A stretch of 64,000 bases of DNA, from NCBI RefSeq assembly GCF_963921235.1, contig NC_086108.1, positions 9,114,001-9,178,000 on the forward strand. Reading direction: 5' to 3'. Every line of letters starts with the position of its first letter. Position 1 is the first letter of the stretch. The notes beneath the pieces are model-generated. The model ran no database searches, was not told the origin of the DNA, and saw only the letters and a list, made by a program, of their open reading frames with translations. Made by a program: the position numbers and the translations under genes. Below, piece after piece: positions 1 to 11,714 of this stretch. Source of the DNA: Mobula hypostoma. Lineage: Eukaryota.

Positions 1-390
1 AGGGCTGGAGAGGAAGGAATCTGATGGAAGAGGAGAGTGGACAATAGGAGATAGGGAAAGAGGAGGAGTTCCAGGGGGACATTACAAGCAGGTGAGAAGT
101 AAAAGGTTACAGTTATGAATTTTGGTGGGGGGGGGGGAAGAGTTCTGCTCTCCGGAAAGAGAAATTAATATTCATGCCATCAGGTTGGAGGCTACCCAGC
201 CAGAATATAAGGTGTTGCTCCTCCAGCCCGAGGATGGCCTCATCCTGACACAAGAGCGGCCATGGACCAACACGTCAGAATAGAAATGAGAATACGAATT
301 TAAATGTTTGGCCACTGGGAAGTCCTGCTTGTGGCAGATGGAATGGAGGCGCAGGGTGAGGCGGTTCCCCCAATTTATCACGGGCCTCAC
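1..390 (-). mobile_element. Penelope-like retroelement 3' fragment (GIY-YIG endonuclease C-terminus plus pLTR start)
   Basis: Minus-strand translation LHSICHKQDFPVAKHLNSYSH..SDVLVHG resembles the PLE endonuclease end (EHLRS..PVA.HFNS..H), followed by a pyrimidine-rich pLTR also seen at 13900-14380 and 55558-56107. Confidence 0.8.
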
Positions 391-709
391 GTTGTCTTTG
401 CTGTTGTTGCCCATCGTGTTCTGTGTTTTTCTGCCAAGCATTGGGGGTATGCTCTGTAGGCACTTGAATGAGTGGCAACACTTGCAGACTACCCCCCCCC
501 CACACCCTTAGACACATTGGTTGTTAACGCAAACAATACATATCATTGTATGTTTCGATTTACGTCTGTAAATAAATTTTAGTTTTGAACTAATCACAAC
601 TTAACACACAGTGACTGAGTATAACCAGCCCATCCCCGTCATCTCTTGGTGGGGCAGGGAAGGAGAGGAATCTGGGAGAAGAGCTTAAGAAAGCAGAGAA
701 GTGTACGAG

Positions 710-975
710 GTGGTTACCACAATTGCCTACAGTGCCGGCAATCATCGATTGGGGTTCAATTTCACTGCTCTCTATAAGGAGCTTGTACCTTCCTCTCGTG
801 ACTGCATGGGTTTTCCCCCACAGTTCAAAAATGGACGGGCGAGGGTTAGTGAATTGTGGGCACGCTACGGTGGTGTCAGAAACGTGGCGACTCTCGCGGA
901 CTGCCCCAGCACGTCGTGAAACAATCACCCAAATGGCACGTTTCTCCACAGACGTGACAAATAAGGCTAGTCTTT
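710..975 (+). mobile_element. tRNA-derived V-SINE-like fragment
   Basis: Degenerate B-box GGGGTTCAATTT then 'taaggagcttgtacc..gtgactgcatgggtttt', shared with other copies in the window. Confidence 0.55.
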
Positions 976-1624
976 GAATTGAAAACTCTGCCTTGGGTTT
1001 CCCCGCCATCTACAGGAGTCTGCGTCACTGAAGCAAGGTTCAGAATCAACCTTGTTGAGTTACCTGCATGAGCAGACATCATAGAAATCCTGGAACGCGC
1101 CTGGGCTTTAAGCGTCTCCTGGTCCCCTATTGCAGTGTAGAATCTGCCAGAGGTTGCTGGATACCCACATTACGTCGCGTGTCAGCTGCGTACAAAGCTT
1201 TACCTGCACAGAAAGACATTATTACAAGCTCGTACACTCTCAAGGCTTAGTACAACTGCTCTCTGCCCATGCCCAGCGCTATCGTCCTCCACCCACTCCC
1301 CTCTGGCCAAGTCTCACACAACTTCCATCGACCCTATTTATTGATCTGGGGACACAGCATGGGGCAGGCCTTTCTGGCAGAGCAAGCCACACCATACAGA
1401 CTGAACCCGAGCCCAATCACAGGGAATTTTCCCAATGACCAATGAGCCTACTCACCGGTACGCCTCTGGAATGTGGGAGGGAAGTGGAGCACGGGAAGGA
1501 ACTCACAACGGGGATGCCGGAATTGAACTCTGAACTCCGCTGCCCCGAGCTGTAAATGCATCAAGGCAGACCCTACGCTACCGTGCCACATGCCTAGATA
1601 ATTTACAATGCTCAATACACCCAA

Positions 1625-1728
1625 GAAGCACACTCAAAATGCTGGAGGAACTCAGCTGGTCAGGCAGCATCTATGGAAATGAATAAAAGTCAACGTTACG
1701 GGCCAAGGCCCTTCATCAGGACTGGAAA
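1625..1728 (-). mobile_element. Penelope-like pLTR fragment with mutated hammerhead (GAAA to GTAA)
   Basis: caaaatgctggaggaactcagc...; minus strand reads CAGTC CTGATGA A GGGC CTTG GCCC GTAA CGTT GACT. Confidence 0.7.
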
Positions 1729-1730
1729 TA

Positions 1731-3335
1731 TAGAACATAGAATAGTACAGCACAGTACAGGCCATTCGGCCCACAATGTTGTGCTGACCCTCAAACCCTG
1801 CCTCTCATATAAGACCCCACCTTAAATTCCTCCATATACCTGTCTAGTAGTCTCTTAAACTTCACTAGTGTATCTGCCTCCACCACTGACTCAGGCAGTG
1901 CATTCCACGCACCAACCACTCTCTGAGTAAAAAACCTTCCTCTAATATCCCCCTTGAACTTCCCACCCCTTACCTTAAAGCCATGTCCTCTTGTATTGAG
2001 CAGTGGTGCCCTGGGGAAGAGGCGCTGGCTATCCACTCTATCTATTCCTCTTATTATCTTGTACACCCCTATCATGTCTCCTCTCATCCTCCTTCTCTCC
2101 AAAGAGTAAAGCCCTAGCTCCTTTAATCTCTGATCATAATCCATACTCTATAAACCAGGCAGCATCCTGGTAAATCTCCTCTGTACCCTTTCCAATGCTT
2201 CCACGTCCTTCCTATAGTGAGGCGACCAGAACTGGACACAATACTCCAAGTGTGGCCTGACCAGAGTTTTATAGAGCTGCATCATTACATCGCGACTCTT
2301 AAACTCCATCCCTCGACTTATGAAAGCTAACACCCCATAAGCTTTATTAACTACCCTATCCACCTGTGAGGCAACTTTCAGGGATCTGTGGATATGTACC
2401 CCCAGATCCCACTGCTCCTCCACACTACCAAGTATCCTGCCATTTACTTTGTACTCTGCCTTGGAGTTTGTCCTTCCAAAGTGTACCACCTCACACTTCT
2501 CTGGGTTGAACTCCATCTGCCACTTCTCAGCCCACTTCTGCATCCTATCAATGTCTCTCTGCAATCTTCGACAAATCCTCTACACTATCTACAACACCAC
2601 CAACCTTTGTGTCGCCTGCAAACTTGCCAACCCACCCTTCTACCCCCACATCCAGGTCGTTAATAAAAATCACGAAAAGTACAGGTCCCAGAACAGATCC
2701 TTGTGGGACACCACTAGTCACAACCCTCCAAGCTGAATGTACTCCCTCCACCACCACCCTCTGCCTTCTGCAGGCAAGCCAATTCTGAATCCTCCTGGTC
2801 AAACTTCCCTGGATCCCATGCCTTCTGACTTTCTGAATAAGCCTACCGTGTGGAACCTTGTCAAATGCCTTAGTAAAATCCACATAGATCACATCCACTG
2901 CACTACCCTCATCTATATGCCTGGTCACCTCCTCAAAGAACTCTATCAGGCTTGTTAGACACGATCTGCCCTTCACAAAGCCATGCTGACTGTCCCTGAT
3001 CAGACCATGATTCTCTGAATGCCCAGAGATCCTATCTCTAAGAATCTTTTCCAACAGCTTTCCCACCACAGATGTAAGACTCACTGGTCTATAGTTACCC
3101 GGCCTATCCCTACTACCTTTTCTGAACAAGGGGACAACATTCGCCTCCCTCCAACCCTCCGGTACCATTCCTGTGGACAACGAGGACATAAAGATCCTAG
3201 CCAGAGGCTCAGCAATCTCTTCCCTCGCCTCGTGGAGCAGCCTGGGGAATATTCCGTCAGGCCCTGGGGACTTATCCGTCCTAATGTATTTTAACAACTC
3301 CAACACCTCCTCGCCCCTTAATATCAACATGCTCC
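1731..3335 (-). mobile_element. CR1 LINE, 3' 1.6 kb of ORF2 (reverse transcriptase), young but inactivated
   Basis: ORFs 2548-3330, 2148-2564 and 1791-2144 give [50 protein letters not shown] (FADD mutated) and LVRPHLEYCVQFWSP; one frameshift and one stop; TTCTA-like tail near 1731-1745. Confidence 0.95.
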
Positions 3336-3507
3336 AGTCACTCTCTGATCTGGGCCGACATTTACGTGCCGGGCGGCACCTAATTAATTAGCTTGTTTAT
3401 TTCGGCTTTTTTCTTAAAGATGTGCTGGGTGCGTTCCGGCTACCGCTGCACCCGTGCATGCTTCGCGGCCCGGTATCGGTCCGCGGCCTGGAGGTTGGGG
3501 ACTACTG
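3336..3507. mobile_element. hAT (Charlie-like) MITE, right part only
   Basis: Nearly identical to the complete copy at 52370-52539; ends GGTTGGGGACTACTG. Confidence 0.8.
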
Positions 3508-3562
3508 GCCTAAAATATCTTTGAAGGACCTGAACAAACAAGAATTAGCACTCCTGAAGTTC

Positions 3563-3990
3563 TGAACCTCCAAGGGGACCACAATCTTGTTGTTGGGTTT
3601 GGAGGCTTAGTGTCTCGGTGACCCAGAGAGTTACATTGGTTGGAGTCAGGACCTCATGCTTTGGCTCTTGGTAGGGTCTGCCAGGCCAAACAGGTCAAAG
3701 GGTAGAGGCCGGACTAAAAATGGTCCACTGCTCCTCCAGGTTCGGGGGTTTAGCTCAGGGCTAACAATGCTGACCGGTCAAACAAAATTGTTACGGAAAC
3801 AGCAACAAAGAATCCTTCCACATCTGAGTGCGAAGGTATTCCTGAATCTCTACCCGGTACTTGCATGACTGACAATAGTGAAAACCAAGAGGAATACTGA
3901 CACAATAAAAGAAGCCATGAACATCGCTAGAGGTGGGGAACCTTTATTGCTGACCTAAACGTCAGTGGGGTTAATGGCCAGCAAGTAAAG
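3563..3990 (+). mobile_element. RTE-derived non-autonomous retroelement, family A
   Basis: Second copy at 23338-23698; carries the RTE-type 5'UTR motif CTCCTCCAGGTTCGGGGGTT..GGGCTAACAA; AAGT-type tail. Confidence 0.55.
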
Positions 3991-4139
3991 TTCTGAAGTT
4001 TCGTTCTAAGGAAGTATCAGAGATCTTAAGGGTTGGTAGGCTAAGGGGAGTTCAAAGACGGAGAGGACAGGCTCAAAAAAACAAAAGTAATTATTTAAAA
4101 ATAATTTACCAAATACACACATACACACACACTAACACA

Positions 4140-4895
4140 TCATTGTGGACTACAGGAAGGTACAGGTGAACCATCCCCCTTTGTGAATACATGGTGCCCC
4201 TGTAGAGAGAGTTAAGTGCACCAAGTTCTGGGAGTTCACATCATGGACAACCTCACTTGGTCCCCCAGTATTACCTCCCCGCAGCATAGCAGCGTCTCCA
4301 CTTCCTAAGGAGATTGAGCAAGGTTCCCCCACTCCATCTTAACTTCACTTACAGGAGCACCACTGAGAGTGTCCTGACAAGTTGCTTCTCCATCTGGTCT
4401 GGGAGCAGCCGAAGCATCAGACTGGAAGTCCCGACAAAGGATGGTGAATATGGAAGAGAAGATCGTACCGGTCTCCCTACCATCCAGAGGGGACATTTAT
4501 CAGGAGTGCTGCGTATGCAGACCCCTTGGTATTATCAAGGATCCCACCCATCTATCCAGCATCCTCTTTAACTTTCTATCATCAGGCAGGAGACTCTGAT
4601 GCATAAAGACAAGAACGGTCAAGATGGGAAACAGCTTCTTCCCCCAGGCCACTAGGTTTCTGAACTTCCTGCCACATCGCATTCGAAGAGTCACTGGATA
4701 ATCTGTTCTGAACCCTACAATATTTAACTTATGCACTTTGTTTATCTATGCACAATTCATTTGTAGATTTAATCTTACTTTTGTAAGTTATTGTGTGTTA
4801 CATGTACCACTGTGCTTTACACCCTGGTCGCGAGAAATGTTGTCTCGTTTGGCAGTATACATGTATATAGTTAAATGACAATAACTTGACTTGAC
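4140..4895 (+). mobile_element. Rex1/Babar LINE 3' fragment
   Basis: Degenerate IVDYRK, KFLGVH and ESVLTSC motifs; 3'UTR ending aatgacaata-(ACTTG)n. Confidence 0.75.
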
Positions 4896-5240
4896 TCACT
4901 CTCTCTCACACACACACACAAAATAACTGGATCTCCGCCCGAGGCATTTCCATTCTTAAAACTAATAATTCAGTTGGCAACAGGAAGCTGTTATGTGGCA
5001 TATTATAGAGAGTGCACTCTAATGGATTAATAAGGGAGTCTGTGATTACACTGAGATGCAACCCATGCCAACTGCAACATGAGGTTACGTGGGCAATAAA
5101 ACACCTCAGGTCTCACACACCAGACGACACTCACAGTTCACCTCCACAGACCCTTTGGTGGGTTCACAGTTTGCACCCTCACACTCTCCTCACTACTACT
5201 ACAGTCTCTTATCACTGTTACCATTGGGCAGGAGATACAG

Positions 5241-5806
5241 GAGCCTCAGGTCCCACACTACCAGGTTCAGGAACAGTTATTACCCCACAACCATCAGGCT
5301 CCTGAACCAGTGTGGATAACTTCACTCACCACAATGAGCCTCAGGTCCCACACCACCAGGTTCAGGAACAGTTATTACCCCTCAACCATCAGGTTCCTGA
5401 ACCAGTGTGGATAACTTCAGTCACCACAATGAGCCTCAGGTCCCACACCACCAGGTTCAGGAACAGTTATTACCCCACAACCATCAGGTTCCTGAACCAG
5501 TGTGGATAACTTCAGTCACCACAATGAGCCTCAGGTCCCACACCACCAGGTTCAGGAACAGTTATTACCCCACAACCATCAGGCTCCTGAACCAGTGTGG
5601 ATAACTTCACTCGCCACAATGAGCCTCAGGTCCCACACTACCAGGTTCAGGAACAGTTATTACCCCACAACCATCAGGCTCCTGAACCAGTGTGGATAAC
5701 TTCACTCACCACAATGAGCCTCAGGTCCCACACCACCAGGTTCAGGAACAGTTATTACCCCTCAACCTTCAGGTTCCTGAACCAGTGTGGATAACTTCAG
5801 TCACCA
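5241..5806 (+). repeat. Tandem array of about six 95-bp units derived from the Rex1/Babar ORF2 end
   Basis: GAGCCTCAGGTCCC recurs at 5241, 5336, 5431, 5526, 5621 and 5716; each unit encodes SLRSHTTRFRNSYYPTTIRLLN; continues into the LINE 3'UTR to about 5980. Confidence 0.95.
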
Positions 5807-5983
5807 CTACTCAGAACTGATTCCACAACCTAATAACTCACTTTCAATAACTTTACAACTCATGTTCTCAATATTATTTGCTATTTGCACAATGTGTCTT
5901 CCTTTACACATTGGCTGTTTATCAGTCTTTATGTATATTTTTCATAAATTCTATTGTATTTCTTTATTTTCCTGTAACTGCCT

Positions 5984-6210
5984 GCACAATAGCATAGTGG
6001 TTAGCAGAACTGCGTACAGTACAGGCGACCTGGGTTCAACTCCCAACGCTGCCTGTAAGGAGATTCTATGTTCTCCCCCTGACCGCGTGGGTTTCCTCCC
6101 AAAGTCCAAAGACGTACCAACTGGTAAGTTAATTGGTCACTGTAAATTGTCCTGTGATTAGGCTTGGGAATTGCTGGGCGGGGGGCTGGAAGAAGGACCT
6201 ACTCCACACT
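5984..6210 (+). mobile_element. tRNA-derived V-SINE-like element
   Basis: A-box TAGCATAGTGGTTAG, B-box GGGTTCAACTCCC, V-like core gcgtgggtttcctccc..tccaaagacgt; relatives near 1335-1590(-), 16110-16360, 23720-23855(-), 25500-25735, 26800-27075(-), 54520-54740 and 57540-57735. Confidence 0.75.
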
Positions 6211-7140
6211 ATTTTAATAGATAGATAATTTTATGATAATATATGGCAACATATATGTACTTCTATAATACTTTGAGTTTGACCCAGATTAATGGCTTGC
6301 ATGACCGCTGAGAGAGGGGAGAAAGGGACTGAAGAGATAGCCTCATGGTGAACCGGCAAGGAGGAAGGCCCAAACGTAACAATTCTGCCTGAAAGGTGTT
6401 CGTGGGGGTGGGGGTGGGGTTCAGGCCAGGGAGGAAAGCAGACTGCAACCGTGACCTCCTTTGGAGCCAATTGTGCTGTAACAGCCAGACGCGATGATTT
6501 ATCTCACACAGTTCTGAGGCTGTGAAAAGTCCGATGGATTCTCTATCAATTCCCTGCATCTTGAAACTTTAACCCTTCACCTGTTATGTCGGGGAACCAC
6601 GTACTCATGACAGTTTGCCAATTCGGTTTCATAACCTTGGAAATTGAATTTCACGACACGGGCTCCGTCTTTTTCAACGTGTGACCAGTGCAAAGAACCG
6701 AACAATTAGGAGGACAGAATAAAACTGCTCTTAGAAAGGGTCTCCCACCATGAATCACACCCCCTCCCCACCAACCCTCCTGATTACAGGTCTACTTCAA
6801 GAGAATCCTGCACAGAGGCATCTGAACACAGGCATCGGGCAGGAGATACAGAAGACCAAAGTTCCAGACCACCAGGTTCAGAAACAGCTATTTCCCTTTA
6901 ACTATTTGCATCTTGAACCAATCGGCAAAACCCTAACTAATCACTACAGTTAAGGGACACTATGATTCTACCATCCAGCAAGAGGTAGGTACCTTAGGTC
7001 CCACACCACCAGGACCAGGAACAGAATCATCAGGGTCCGGAACCCATGTGGATAACTTCACTCACTTCAAATCCACAACCCGTCAAATCACTTTCAGGGA
7101 TTGCACAACTCATGTTCTCTGTAATTTACACACACACACA

Positions 7141-7700
7141 CAGTACTGTGCAAAAGTCTTAGGCACGTATATATAGCTAGGCAGCCAGTCTGGGTGGCGG
7201 GGTGGAGGTACGCTTTCACTGAAGGGAGGTGTAAGGCACTCCTGTCCTCCGCTAGTCTGCAGGTCAGCTGTAGCATCTCCTTAGCCCCCTCGATCAGGGT
7301 CACGTGGAGCCATTGCAGCACGGGGTGGATGGTCGTACGAGCAGCCGGTGCATATGGCAAGTCCTGGTCATGCGACCACTGACACCAGGCAGACAATCTC
7401 TGGATAGTCTCTGACCATGATGGCCCACGTCATATAACAAGTTGCATAACGAACGTCTACGCCTTTTGCACAGTACTGTATCTGTCAACGTGGAGAGCAA
7501 ATCTGTAAATTTGGAAGGAGCAGAGGAGGTTGGGAATGGCGAGGATGGGGCGCCACGGGAGGTGGCACAGAAGCAGTGCCAGAGGCAGGGGAGTGTGGTG
7601 CGGTGCAGACACACCCAGCCATGAGACACCAGGCAAGGCCATTTGACCAGAAACTATTCTTTTATTAATCATTACAGAATGTCTCTCTGGCGCTTCCTGC
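7141..7700. mobile_element. Tc1-type composite MITE (left part), interrupted by an RTE-derived element
   Basis: Starts CAGTACTGTGCAAAAGTCTTAGGCAC; inverted half ..TTTTGCACAGTACTG ends at 7478; core matches 16430-16660 and 38045-38260. Confidence 0.7.
7192..7453 (+). mobile_element. RTE-derived non-autonomous element, family B (internally deleted copy)
   Basis: Matches copies at 24784, 33650, 40885, 59317 and 60747. Confidence 0.75.
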
Positions 7701-8792
7701 TTCTATATATAGATGGCCAAACATACATATACAGTGGATTCCGGTTAATTGGGACACATCACCATCAGTATATTTTGGCCCAATTAAGTGGCTGCCCCAA
7801 TTAGCCGGATTCATGAAAATAGTTAAAAAGATATAAAAAGGCAAACTGCAGTTTAACTGAGTAACAAATAAGGTATTTAAATTAAATACAGGACAGATTA
7901 GAACACTGTAAAGTATTACTACAGCACTATAAAACGGTGTATTAGTCCCTAATAGTTACTGACGGAGATGCTGATGGAAGACCACAGTCTGTGCGGATTG
8001 GTGATAACATCTCCTCTTCGCTGACGATCAACACTGGCGCACCTCAGGGGTGTGTGCTTAGCCCACTGCTCTACTCTCTCTATACCCATGACTGTGTGGC
8101 TAGGTATAGGCCAAATACCATCTATAAGTTTGCTGATAATACATCCATTGTTGGTAGAATCTCTCAGATGGTGACAAGAGGGCGTACAGGAGTGAGATAT
8201 GCCAACTAGTGGAGTGGTGTCGCAGCAACAACCTGGCACTCAACATCAGTAAGATGAAAGAGCTGACTGTGGACTTCAAAAAGGGTAAGATGAAGAAATA
8301 CATACCAATCCTCACAGAGGGATCAGAAGTGGAGAGAGTGAGCAGTTTCAAGTTCCTGGGTGTCAAGATCTTTGAGGACCTAACCTGGTCCCAACACATC
8401 GACGTAGTTATAAAAGAGCAAGACAGCAACTGTACTTCATTAGGAGTTTGAAGAGATTTGGTATGTCAACAAATACACTCAACCATAGAGAGCATTCCGA
8501 CAGGCTGCATCATTGTCTGGTATGGGGGGGGGGGGGGGGCTACTGCACAGGACCAGAAGGAGCTACAGAGGGTTGTAAATTTAATTGGCTTTATTTTGGG
8601 TACTAGCTTACAAAGTACCCAGAAATACCCAGGACATCTTCAAGGAGCATGCCCTTTTCTCACTGTTACCATCAGGCAGAAGGTACAGGAGCCTGAAGGC
8701 ACACACTCAGTGATTCAGGAACAGCTTCTTCCCCTCTGCCATCCGATTCCTAAATGGACATTGAACCCTTGAAAACTACCTCACTTTTTAAA

Positions 8793-8951
8793 TAACACAC
8801 ATCAAAGTTGCTGGTGAACACAGCAGGCCAGGCAGCATCTCTAGGAAGAGGTACAGTCGACATTTCAGGCCGAGACCCTTCGTCAGGACTAACTGAAGGA
8901 AAAGTTAGTAAGAGATTTGAAAGTGGGAGAGGGAGGGGGAGATCCGAAATG
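8793..8951 (-). mobile_element. Penelope-like pLTR fragment (young subfamily)
   Basis: Near-identical to 62008-62172; inserted in a Rex1 3'UTR. Confidence 0.8.
8855..8890 (-). ncRNA. Minimal type I hammerhead ribozyme motif
   Basis: AGUC CUGACGA A GGGU CUCG GCCU GAAA UG UC GACU: full catalytic core plus stems I and II. Confidence 0.65.
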
Positions 8952-10274
8952 TACATTATTTCTGTTTTTTGCATGATTTTTAATCTATTCAATATACGTA
9001 TACTGTAATTGATTTGCTTATTTTTTTCTTCTATATTATGTATTGCATTGAACTGCTGCTGTCAAGTTAATAAATTTCATGACACATGCTGGTGATAATA
9101 AACCCGATTCTGATTTTGAATTCATCCAGAGTTCGTTGCTGTGTAGTTTTGATTGACTGTAAATAACAAAATTAGTGCCAACACCTAGTGTAAATAATGG
9201 ACTGCCTTCATACAATGGTTTCAATAATTGCATCCTCCAAATCTTCCTTTTCGCTGTAACATTCAAGATGATTGTTGACATCTTCAAATTATTCATAGTT
9301 CTTAACTTGAAGCAGTGAAATAGTTTCATTTTCACTGCTGGCCGTTTCTGGCACTTCCAAGCCTTAATGTTCAGAACCAGAGTAAGCGGAACTTCTGAAC
9401 TGTCTCACTGCTGATCTCTAGCCAACTATCAGTGACAGAAGAAAGACAACACATGCAACTGACACTATTTAAGAACTGTTTGCTCTAAGCAAGGTACAGT
9501 GTCCAAAGGCCACCCGTGCACACAACTGAAGCCATTTACAAACCGTTCATTCTAAGCACGGTGTAGTGTCTAACGGCCACATAAGTACACACAACCGATG
9601 CTAGCTAGAAACTGTTGGGCAACATTCTCCAGTCCCAATTAAACAGCATAGTGTCCCAAATAAACAAGGGAATCCTGGCTACTTTCTCAATTAGCTTTTG
9701 TTCTTTAAGAATTGTCCCAAAGAATTGCCCCGATGAACTGTAGCCCAATTAAGTGGAATCCACTGTGTAAGGTGGTGGTACAGGAGCCTAAAGATCCACA
9801 CCACCTCACTTTTTACACTACCTATACATTTTTATATTTCTTGTTGGAGCTTATATTAATTTTTTTTTATACTTGATAATAAACCTGATTCTCAGCATCC
9901 GTGGAAGCAAAGGAATGGTGAATATTTTCAATCACGGCCCAGTACGGGCCCCGCTACAGGATCTCGAACCCGATCATCTCTCTGCCTCCACAAATGCTGC
10001 TTGACCTGCTGAGCTCCCCCCAGGCAGTTTGGTTTTCACTCCAGATTCCAACATCTGCAGCCTCTGATGTCTCCACTAAAACAGGACCTGATCCTTAGGA
10101 GGTGGAAACCTACGCGTCCTGCCCTCTTCCAGCTTAACAGCAGCTGCACCCCTGAAGTACTCACTGCCTCCGGTTTCGGACATCCTGAAAGGACATGGAA
10201 CTGTCGAGCACAGGAACAGGCCTTTGGCCCACAGTGTTCTCTGAACTAATCAAATGGCCCACTACAGTACAGAT

Positions 10275-10760
10275 GTCAAGGCTCTGGAGTGTGTGCAAGG
10301 GGTTTACCAGCAGGCTGCCTCTTTTAGAGGGCACGTGCTATAACGAGAGGCTGGGACAAATGGCTTGTTTTCTCTAAAGCATCGGAGACTGAAGAGAGAT
10401 CCGATAGAGGTTTATAAGTTTACGAGAGGCATAGATAGAGTGGAAAGGGAGTATTTGTTTCCCGGAGTAGAAATGTCTAATACCAGAGGGCATGCATTGA
10501 AGGTGAGAGGGGGTAGGTTCAAAGGGGATGTGAGGGGCAAGTTTTTTTTACTCAGGGAGTGGTGGATGCCTGGAATGCACTGCCTGGGGTGGTGGTAGAG
10601 GCAGATATATTAAGAGATGCTTAGATAGGCACATGAAAGCGAGGTAAATGAAAGGATATAGACATTGTGCAAGCAGAAGAGATTAGGTTAGTTGGTCATT
10701 TGATTACTAATTTAACTGGTGCACTGAAGGGCCTGTTCCTGTGTTATACTGTTCTATGAA
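10275..10760 (+). mobile_element. CR1 LINE 3' fragment
   Basis: RRLKRDPIEVYKFTRGIDRV..TRGHALKVRGGRFKGDVRGKFF. Confidence 0.85.
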
Positions 10761-11634
10761 GTCTTTCTGTCTACACAGTATCCATTAACTGTACGTTCAT
10801 GTGCCCATCCCGGAGCTTCACGAATATATCTATCACATTTGCCTCCACCAATGCCTCTGGAAACACATTCCAGAAAACTTTCCCCAGGCATACCCTCTCA
10901 CTTTAAGTGCCCTTTGATATGAGAAACTTCCACCCCAGGGAAAAAAAGATACTGTTTTTCTACTCTGTGGCTCTTATAACCTTATAAGTTTTTTATCATC
11001 CTCAGATGCTTCAGGGAAAACACACTCTAATCCAGGCAGCAAACCCCTTCTGCACCCTCTCTAAAGCCCCAACATGCTTCGTTATTGGTATGGGGAGGGG
11101 CAATCGCATAAGGCTGAAGCAAGTTGCAAACTTAGTCAGCTCCATCATGGGCTCTAGCCAGGACACCTTCTAGGAGCGATGCCTCAGGAAGGCAGCGTCC
11201 ATCGTTAAGGATCTCCGTGACCTAGGACATTCCCTCTTCTCATTGGAGGTAAAGCTGTGTGGTGAATCTGTAGCATTTGCTCCCACAGGCAGTTGTGGAG
11301 GCCGGCTCACTGGGTATATTTAAGGCAGAGGTTGCTAGGTTTGTGATTACTTACGACATAAAGGGCTATGAGGAGCGGGCAGGAGATTGTGGCCGAGAGG
11401 GAAATGGAGCAGCCATAATGAAATGGTGGAGCCATCTTGATGGGCAAATGGCCGAATTCCTGCTCCTTTGTCGAAGAACATAAGAAATTCTGCAGATGCT
11501 GGAAATCCAGAGCAACACACAACAAAATACTGCAGGAACTCAGCAGCTCAGACTGAAGGGGATAAATTCATTTGCCTCATTACCTACGGACTCACTTTCA
11601 AGGACTCTTCATCTCATATGCTTGTTATTTATTT

Positions 11635-11714
11635 CAGGGGTTCCCAACCTGGGATCCACAGACCCTTTGGTTAACGGTAGGGGTCCCTAGCATAAAAAAG
11701 GTTTGGAGTCCCTG
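11635..11714. mobile_element. 80-bp hAT-type mini-MITE
   Basis: TIRs CAGGGGTTCCCAACC / GGTTTGGAGTCCCTG; 8-bp TSD ATTTATTT/ATTTATTG. Confidence 0.8.

Larger units (their letters stand above)
7966..9117 (+). mobile_element. Rex1/Babar LINE RT 3' portion
   Basis: [46 protein letters not shown]; tail gataataaacccgattctgatt. Confidence 0.9.
7732..9765 (-). mobile_element. Tigger/pogo-like non-autonomous DNA transposon with nested insertions
   Basis: TA|CAGTGGATTCCGGTTAATTGGG at left, CCCAATTAAGTGGAATCCACTG|TG at right; acidic TIGD-like C-terminal remnant (NHLECYSEKEDLEDAIIETIV) on the minus strand near 9210-9290. Confidence 0.75.

Noticed and set aside
1791..3330. Active reverse transcriptase gene
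   Set aside because: 5'-truncated, frameshifted, has an internal stop, and FADD is changed to FAGD
5312..5794. Repeated 65-aa ORFs
   Set aside because: Produced by the 95-bp LINE-derived tandem array
5984..6050. tRNA gene
   Set aside because: A and B boxes belong to a SINE head continuing into SINE body; no full cloverleaf
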